This document shows, one piece after another, positions 58,068 through 64,000 of a stretch of DNA of 64,000 bases (position 1 is the first letter of the stretch; every line of letters begins with the position of its first letter). Location: assembly GCA_963808235.1 (NCBI GenBank), contig CAWEEQ010000004.1, positions 3,520,001 through 3,584,000 on the forward strand. Direction: 5' to 3'. This DNA comes from an uncultured delta proteobacterium (lineage in GTDB: Bacteria > Desulfobacterota > Binatia > Binatales > Binataceae). Made by a program: the position numbers and the translations under genes. The notes under the pieces are model-generated. The model saw only the letters and a program-made list of their open reading frames with translations, was not told where the DNA came from and ran no database searches.

Positions 58068-58218
58068 TTTCAGTCCTTACTGTGGTTACGCAGCGCCGTC
58101 CATCCACCGACACTTCTTCTAATCTATCAAACCGATCTATAATTTCGCCGATGGCCATCAAAGTCCGCGAACTGGCCCTCTGCCGCTGACACGCTTCGCA
58201 CTATGGAGGAATCGACCG

Positions 58219-58572
58219 ATGAAGTTCTTCCGATACTATGCCCCCCTCTTCGCGGCGACCCTGATTTTTTCGCTGTTCCCCTCCGCGCTTAACGCTGCTC
58301 AGATGGAAGGCGTGATGATGCGAAACGGAATCATGATGCTGATGAAACATGGCAAGGCGTCGAGCCCGATGGACTCCGACGTCACCATGACAAACGGCAC
58401 CGTGGTTTCTGCCGACGGCACGATCACGCTACAAGGCGGCCGCGAGTTTCGCATGCACAATGGCGAAGTAATGATGCCCGACGGGCATCTGATGAAGGGC
58501 GGCGCCCCAGCCGGGATGGAACCGCAGAACAATCCAGCCGGCAACCCGCTGCTCCTGTACAAGGAACATTGA
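58219..58572 (+). CDS. Secreted methionine-rich small protein
   Basis: GGAGG RBS; signal peptide ending ALNA|A; 13 Met in about 91 mature residues. Confidence 0.75.
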   Translation: MKFFRYYAPLFAATLIFSLFPSALNAAQMEGVMMRNGIMMLMKHGKASSPMDSDVTMTNGTVVSADGTITLQGGREFRMHNGEVMMPDGHLMKGGAPAGMEPQNNPAGNPLLLYKEH

Positions 58573-58581
58573 GATGTTCTG

Positions 58582-59247
58582 ATGGAATCATCGCACCGCG
58601 AGCATCCGGGACGAAGCCAGCAGCCTGCGCCGATTCGACTCGCGCATTGGATTACTATTCCACTCCTCGTGATCATGGCCGGCAGCGGCCTGCAGATTCT
58701 GTCCGCATATCCGGCGCTCGGTCCGCGCGGCGGACAATACCGATGGTATCCGTTCCAGAATGACGCGCCGCCGTCGTGGATGCGATTTGGCGGATGGCTC
58801 GCCGGTGCACGCCATTGGCATTTCGCGATCGCCTGGTTCCTCATTCTCAATGGAATCTTCTACCTGATCTACCTGGCCGCGAGCGGTGAATGGCGCCGCC
58901 GCCTATTCCTCCCCGCGCGCGATACCGCAAATGCGCTCGCGATGTTCGCCTACTACTTGCGCATTCGGAAGACTCCGCCACCCGAAGATTTTTACAACGG
59001 CCTTCAGCGCCTCGCTTACACGTCCGCGATTCTTTTCGGCATCGTCGTGGTGCTGTCCGGTCTTGCGATCTACAAACCCGTGCAACTGCATCTGCTCACT
59101 GGATTGTTCGGCGGCTACGATTCCGCGCGCGTGGTCCACCTGGCCTGCCTCGTCCTGCTCGCATTTTTTGCGGCGACGCACATCGTACTGGTCGCGCTGC
59201 ATCCGCGAACTATTCTCACGATGGTGACCGGAGGACGCCGTGGCTAG
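58582..59247 (+). CDS. Membrane b-type cytochrome (Ni/Fe-hydrogenase cytochrome b / YdhU-like)
   Basis: RLAHW, RHWHF, YNGLQRLAY and RVVHL...THI heme His pattern over four TM helices. Confidence 0.88.
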   Translation: MESSHREHPGRSQQPAPIRLAHWITIPLLVIMAGSGLQILSAYPALGPRGGQYRWYPFQNDAPPSWMRFGGWLAGARHWHFAIAWFLILNGIFYLIYLAASGEWRRRLFLPARDTANALAMFAYYLRIRKTPPPEDFYNGLQRLAYTSAILFGIVVVLSGLAIYKPVQLHLLTGLFGGYDSARVVHLACLVLLAFFAATHIVLVALHPRTILTMVTGGRRG

Positions 59248-59932
59248 CTTGCTGACGAGACGAAAGTTGATCCTTGGCATCGCCGCAACCACCGCGCTCG
59301 CGGGATGCGACAGTCGCGCCGCTTCAATTTTTCTTTCCGGGATGGAACGCTGGAACGAGCGCGTCGGTCGATTGCTGTTCTCGACGACCAGGTTGGCTCC
59401 TGAAGCGCCCGCCGCCGATATCACGCCCGACAAGGATTTTCCAAGTTACTTCATTTCCGACGAGATGCCCTTCCCACCGTCGGACTGGTCACTCAAGGTC
59501 GGCGGTCTCGTCGCGCGGCCGTCAGTCTTCTCGCTCGACGCGCTCAAGAAAATGCCCAGCACTCAAATGCGCGTCCGCCACCACTGCGTCGAGGGGTGGT
59601 CGGCGGTGGCGCAATGGCAGGGCGTGCAGATTCGGGAGATCGCGAAGATGGTCGGCGCCAGTCCCGACGCGCGCTACGTTGAATTCCGCTCCTTCGATTC
59701 GGGCTATTACTCGTCCTGGGACGTCGAGAGCGCGATGCATCCGCAAACGATTCTCGCCTACGGCATGAACGGCCGGATGCTGTACCCCGACCACGGCGCG
59801 CCGCTGCGCCTCTACTCGGCGGTCAAGCTCGGCTACAAGTGCGTGAAGTACCTGACCGAAGTTAATTTTCTGCCCAATCGGACGGGAGGGTACTGGGAAA
59901 ATCAGGGCTACGAATGGTACGCGGGCGTCTAG
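59240..59932 (+). CDS. Sulfite-oxidase-family molybdoenzyme (MsrP/YedY-like), Tat lipoprotein
   Basis: TRRKLI twin-arginine motif plus lipobox LAGC; HHCVEGWS (Moco Cys), HGAPLRL, KLGYKCVK and GGYWE. Confidence 0.88.
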   Translation: MASLLTRRKLILGIAATTALAGCDSRAASIFLSGMERWNERVGRLLFSTTRLAPEAPAADITPDKDFPSYFISDEMPFPPSDWSLKVGGLVARPSVFSLDALKKMPSTQMRVRHHCVEGWSAVAQWQGVQIREIAKMVGASPDARYVEFRSFDSGYYSSWDVESAMHPQTILAYGMNGRMLYPDHGAPLRLYSAVKLGYKCVKYLTEVNFLPNRTGGYWENQGYEWYAGV

Positions 59933-61155
59933 TCGATTGCGAGGCTCGCGAACGACACCGCGGACTGGCTGTGCGGCTCCATCGCGATTCCGTACTTGAG
60001 CAGCCGCGCGCTGCGTCCGCGCAGCAGCTCGAGCTGCGTGTACATCGGCGCGAGTCCGCAGATTCGCCGCGCGTCGCGATCCTTCATGATGTCGGCGAAG
60101 AAGCCGGCGGGATCGCCGCGTTTGATATTGTTGATCAAGCTCAAGTCTTCGCGCTCGACACGTTCCGCAACCGCGCGATCGGCAGTGAACTCGTCGCCGA
60201 ATTTTTTGCCGACGTGCGCGAAATCCACTCCTGCCAATATCAGCACCCGCCGCCGTTCCGCCGCGAGCTCACCGCGCAGTGCGTCCAGGAACGAGGCGAC
60301 CCGCGGATCGCGCGCCGGTTCGAGCCCGCTCGCAACCATCTCGTGGAACGAGCTGACCAGGATCGGCACGATCTGATAGCCGCGCGCACCCAGCGCATAG
60401 GCCAGGAACAGCGCCTGGAACTCGATCGAATGCTCGCCGCGATGCAATTCTTCGTCGGCAAACAGATCGCCCTGGTAACGCGCCGCGAGCCGGTCGATGA
60501 ATGCCTTGTCGGTCTCGACCGCGCCGAGCGGCGTCGCATAATTCTTACGCGTCGCGGTGAATAGCTCGGGGCCGCCGCCGTAGTGCGACGTGCCAAGGAT
60601 CACAACCAGTTCCGGCGGCTCATGCGACATCAGCTCGTAGTACGCGTGCGCATAGGCGGACGCGCCGCGTCGCGGATCGATATGCGGCGCGATAAGCCCG
60701 GCCAGCGGCTCGGGCCTGGTGGTCGTCGGCGCGCGGCCGGGACCGTCGGGAGGATCGAAAAATCTCGCCAGCTCCAGGCGCAGCTTCGCGGGATCTTTCT
60801 CGTAGCAAAGTCCGGCCAGCGCCGCCGGACGTTCGGGATTCGCGAGAAATTCCTCGCGCACGCGCCTCTCGCGCTCATGAAACGCAGGCGAGTCGAGATA
60901 GTACGCGCGATCGAGCGCCGCGATCAGCTCTTCGAGCTTCTCGATCGGAATCATCTCGCCGAAGCGCTTCGAAAATGCAGCCTGGATTTCTTTGAGCGAC
61001 ATCTCTCCGTCGAACAGTGTGACGATAAAGTACGCGCCCATCCCGAGCATGATCGACTCGGGCGCAAGTCCGCTCGGATCGCGAAGACAGATGAATGTCT
61101 GATCCTTTTCTTCGACCGGAAAAGCCTCGACGGCGCGGATCTTCGGCTTTTCCAT
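59929..61155 (-). CDS. amrB: MEMO1-family (AmmeMemoRadiSam system B) protein with an N-terminal extension
   Basis: RPAALAG, IAPHID, LGTSH, YATPLG, EHSIEFQ, VDFAHVG and ICG. Confidence 0.88.
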   Translation of the reverse strand: MEKPKIRAVEAFPVEEKDQTFICLRDPSGLAPESIMLGMGAYFIVTLFDGEMSLKEIQAAFSKRFGEMIPIEKLEELIAALDRAYYLDSPAFHERERRVREEFLANPERPAALAGLCYEKDPAKLRLELARFFDPPDGPGRAPTTTRPEPLAGLIAPHIDPRRGASAYAHAYYELMSHEPPELVVILGTSHYGGGPELFTATRKNYATPLGAVETDKAFIDRLAARYQGDLFADEELHRGEHSIEFQALFLAYALGARGYQIVPILVSSFHEMVASGLEPARDPRVASFLDALRGELAAERRRVLILAGVDFAHVGKKFGDEFTADRAVAERVEREDLSLINNIKRGDPAGFFADIMKDRDARRICGLAPMYTQLELLRGRSARLLKYGIAMEPHSQSAVSFASLAID

Positions 61156-61308
61156 CAAACTTCTGAATTACCTGGAGACTCGAATTGGTCCGCGTTCTAG
61201 CGATATACAAATGCGACCAGCGGCATTTACAGATGCTACGAGCTTTGAAAGACTGCGGCAAGTCAGCGCGAAATCGCGCGCGCAATTCCGCCATTCGCTT
61301 CGAACCCA

Positions 61309-61740
61309 ATGCCTCGCCAACATCGTCGCCGCGCCGCGCTGACCGGATCGCGCCCACGATCGAAGTCAGCGCCCGCGCACGCGCGTTACCGGGTCGCAAG
61401 GATCGATTCGCTCGCACCGGGCGAGTCACTCAAGTTCATGCTCCCGATTCGAGGCGCCGACGAGGAATGCTTTCTGATCAACTTCGGCGGCGAGTTCCAC
61501 GCCTACGTCAATCGATGCCGCCATGTGCCGATGGCGATGGACTGGGTGGACAATCAATTCTTCGCCGAGGAAGGACGCTACCTGATGTGCCAGACGCACA
61601 ACGCGTACTACGAGCCGGCGAGCGGCGAGTGTATTGCGGGCCCGCCAACCGCATGCGGCAAATTTCTATATCGCGTGCCTACCGAGATCGAAGACGGCGT
61701 GATTTACGCACGCCCGCCATCGCAGGAATTTGAAGATTGA
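61309..61740 (+). CDS. Rieske (2Fe-2S) ferredoxin-like protein
   Basis: NRCRHVP...LMCQTHNA...GECIAGP. Confidence 0.88.
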   Translation: MPRQHRRRAALTGSRPRSKSAPAHARYRVARIDSLAPGESLKFMLPIRGADEECFLINFGGEFHAYVNRCRHVPMAMDWVDNQFFAEEGRYLMCQTHNAYYEPASGECIAGPPTACGKFLYRVPTEIEDGVIYARPPSQEFED

Positions 61741-61850
61741 AAATTTTTGAAGCGCTTGCGAGTGGAAGAATAGAGCGAGTGCGCGAAGGCGACCGAGCGC
61801 CGGCGACAGCGTCGTCGGCGTCCTGACATGGGTGCAGGGGCTGGCCCCTG

Positions 61851-62102
61851 CTATTCGTACTCGTCGCCGAAATGGGCGCGCACGATCCGCGCCTTCAGAT
61901 ACTCGAGCGTGCCGAGGTCCTCGACGATATCGCCGCCGGTGTCGTAGAAGAACAGCTCGCCGTTCTTCGTGCGGCCAACCGCGATGATCCATTCGAGGTC
62001 GTCCCGGTCCTCGAGCAAATAGTTGATTGTCTGCGCGACCCCGCGGCCCGGAATAATGGTAATCTTCGGCCTTGGGAGCTTTTCCTTTTCCTGCTTGGGC
62101 AT
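61851..62102 (-). CDS. Small acidic hypothetical protein
   Basis: 83-aa ORF that fills the gap between genes, with protein-like composition and host-like codon use; no family recognised. Confidence 0.6.
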   Translation of the reverse strand: MPKQEKEKLPRPKITIIPGRGVAQTINYLLEDRDDLEWIIAVGRTKNGELFFYDTGGDIVEDLGTLEYLKARIVRAHFGDEYE

Positions 62103-62173
62103 CTCTTATTCAACCCTCTGGCGGGAAGGTCCGGGCACCAGTCACTCCATTTAGATTAAGAATGCGCCGCGAA

Positions 62174-63424
62174 CTAAGTCAATAGCGCAAGCGCCGCGAT
62201 CTCCACGTGATGCGTATTCGGAAAAAAATCAAACCCGCGCACCCGCTCAAGTTTGTATCCGCCGGCCGCGAGCATCGCAAGGTCACGCGCAAGCGTAGTC
62301 ACGTCGCACGACACGTAAATCACTCTCGGTGCACGAAGCTTGATGATCGGTTCCATCAAATCGGAGGCGCCGGTTCGCGGCGGATCGAGGATTACGACTT
62401 CGGGCCGGTAGCGCGCTCGATGCAAAAAATCGGCCGTCGCCGACGCTTTCATCGCGACGAACTGCGCATCGCGAAACTTGAATCGCGCGGCATTGCGCAC
62501 CGCCGCCGCGATCGAGTCCGCGTCCGCATCGACGCCCGTCACCCGCGCACCGCGCCGCGCCGCCGGCAGACTGAAGTTTCCCGCACCGCAGTATAAGTCG
62601 AGCACCGGCGCCGATTCGTCGATCGACGCCATCTCCATCACGCTCGCTACCAGCCGATTGTTCTGCGCGCGATTTACCTGGCTGAAAAGATCGGCATCCA
62701 CTTCGATCGAAAGTCCGGGCTCGAGCTCCACGGCAATCGCGGTCTCGCCGATAGTCTCGCGCCGGGTTCCCGATCGCATCACGATTCCCGCGATCTCGGG
62801 GTCGGATTCGAGCACGTTCCGCGCGCGTCTGAGATCTTCTTCGGACGCCGGCTTCTTCAGATATGCAACCTGGACTTCGCGCGCGCCGTCGCGCACCACT
62901 TCGATCTCTTCGACTCGCTTGCCGAGCGATCGCGCCAGGTGAAGCGGCATCCTGATCCCGGATTCCGCGACCATGCACGAATCGATCTCTACGATCGCGT
63001 TGGTGCCGAACTCATGAAATCCAAGCGTCCCATGCGCGCCGACTTTGAGCCGGATTCGCGATCGGTAACCGAACTCCGCCGATGCCGGCTCGACTAACTC
63101 TGACGGATCGATAGCACTCCCAAGCGCGTGGCCGAGCTCGCGCGCAATCACCTCCCCCTTGAAACGCACCTGCGCCGCGTAATCGATATGCTGCCAGTCG
63201 CATCCGCCGCATCGCGGCAGATACGGGCATGGCGCGACGCGGCGGTCGGCGCTCGGGTGGATAATTTCGCGGATCTTTGCGACCGAGTAGTCGCGGCGCT
63301 CCGATACTGTCGCCACCTCTAGCCGATCGCCGACCACCGCATGCGCGACCATCACCGCTTTTCCGTCGCGACGCCCAACGCCGAATGGCCCGAACGTCAT
63401 CGCGCTGATTTCGACTTCCGCCAT
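62174..63424 (-). CDS. rlmD: 23S rRNA m5U methyltransferase (TRAM + 4Fe-4S), RlmD/TrmA family
   Basis: CPYLPRCGGCDWQH, FSQVN, LDLYCGAGNF, LDPPRTG, YVSCDVTTLARD and DFFPNTHHVE. Confidence 0.88.
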   Translation of the reverse strand: MAEVEISAMTFGPFGVGRRDGKAVMVAHAVVGDRLEVATVSERRDYSVAKIREIIHPSADRRVAPCPYLPRCGGCDWQHIDYAAQVRFKGEVIARELGHALGSAIDPSELVEPASAEFGYRSRIRLKVGAHGTLGFHEFGTNAIVEIDSCMVAESGIRMPLHLARSLGKRVEEIEVVRDGAREVQVAYLKKPASEEDLRRARNVLESDPEIAGIVMRSGTRRETIGETAIAVELEPGLSIEVDADLFSQVNRAQNNRLVASVMEMASIDESAPVLDLYCGAGNFSLPAARRGARVTGVDADADSIAAAVRNAARFKFRDAQFVAMKASATADFLHRARYRPEVVILDPPRTGASDLMEPIIKLRAPRVIYVSCDVTTLARDLAMLAAGGYKLERVRGFDFFPNTHHVEIAALALLT

Positions 63425-63566
63425 TGCTGTGGCCCGAGTGTATTTGTCCGCCCGCGCCGACTCCACGCGCTGGTAGCCCGCCTCCGCCGCCGCGACTTAT
63501 AATGACCCGCACGGGCGCGTCCTTTTCTCTTCCGGTCTAATCCTGCGCGCCCCTGCGAGTACCCCA

Positions 63567-64000
63567 TTGCCGATCGAAACAGAACTTCGCGAACTAATCG
63601 ACAGGAATCTACCGACCGATTCTGCCGGCCGCGTCGCCGCATTTGCCGAACGCCTGTTCGCACGCGAGTCGCCCGACAATCTTAAGCGCATCCCGCCCGA
63701 TCGCCGCCTCGCGATGGTTCAGTCCGCGTTCGAGTTTTTTTCCATCCGCACTGAACCCGTCATCGCGCGAGTCGTGCCCGCCACCGGCGACGACGCTCTG
63801 ACCATCGTCGAGACGGTGACCACAGACGGCCCGTTCATCGTCGATAGCCTGTTCGAATATTTTCATCATCGCGGCGCGACCGTGCGCACCATGCTTCATC
63901 CGGTCATCAAGGTTTCTCGGGACAACGACGGCCGCATCGTCTCGTTCGAACAGTCGCTTTCCACTGAGCGCGGCGAGTCATTCGTCCACACGGAGCTCGA
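63567..64000 (+). CDS. gdhB: Large NAD-specific glutamate dehydrogenase, N-terminal part (runs off the right edge)
   Basis: Missing from the ORF track. Manual translation gives ...TIVETVTTDGPFIVDSL...LHPVIKVSRDNDGRI...ESFVHTEL, the first ACT-like domain pattern of large NAD-GDHs. Start uncertain. Confidence 0.75.
   Translation, partial: MPIETELRELIDRNLPTDSAGRVAAFAERLFARESPDNLKRIPPDRRLAMVQSAFEFFSIRTEPVIARVVPATGDDALTIVETVTTDGPFIVDSLFEYFHHRGATVRTMLHPVIKVSRDNDGRIVSFEQSLSTERGESFVHTEL

Noticed and set aside
61309-61740. Rieske protein as the missing ferredoxin of the dioxygenase operon
   Set aside because: It is over 40 kb away in a housekeeping context, with no evidence of a link.
1-64000. CRISPR array, tRNA/rRNA, IS element, integrase or prophage
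   Set aside because: No regularly spaced repeats, RNA-gene signatures or recombinase/transposase ORFs were seen by eye; an Infernal/tRNAscan run is needed to exclude small RNAs.

Overview
GC-rich bacterial chromosomal window with about 50 protein-coding genes, almost all catabolic, redox or regulatory. Gene content and style suggest a soil Candidatus Binatota-like organism; this is inference only. Left to right it contains: (1) phosphonatase phnX, a TIGR03364-type FAD oxidoreductase, an AidB-like acyl-CoA dehydrogenase and a hydrolase/decarboxylase pair; (2) a three-gene, visibly less GC-rich islet (RHH-type regulator, Cys-rich secreted protein, nuclease-fold protein); (3) luciferase-like oxidoreductases and a Mo-hydroxylase; (4) a FadR-controlled aromatic ring-hydroxylation/extradiol-cleavage operon with a divergent acyl-CoA dehydrogenase pair, then a Baeyer-Villiger monooxygenase, an MFS transporter and an esterase; (5) a sigma54 two-component system facing a Crp/Fnr gene; (6) an EmrAB-type pump; (7) two ThDP enzymes around GST/MocR; (8) amidase, GNAT and MetX-like genes; (9) a two-gene copper-protein module; (10) a cyclase-ATPase / FAD enzyme / acetoacetate-decarboxylase-like block; (11) a Met-rich protein with an MsrPQ-like pair; (12) MEMO, Rieske, rlmD and the start of a large NAD-glutamate dehydrogenase. 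The top finding is at 47210-49947. The first gene encodes a membrane protein carrying both PmoC/AmoC copper-site motifs with the same residue spacing (D-x3-H-x12-H and D-x3-H-x13-H), followed by a PmoA-like C-terminal half. The second encodes a secreted protein with an N-terminal His, two transmembrane helices and His/Met-rich domains, i.e. PmoB-like topology. Together they are a candidate highly divergent, C-A-fused relative of copper membrane monooxygenases. Four genes are broken by single-base frameshifts, most likely assembly errors. No rRNA, tRNA, CRISPR array, integrase or transposase was seen.
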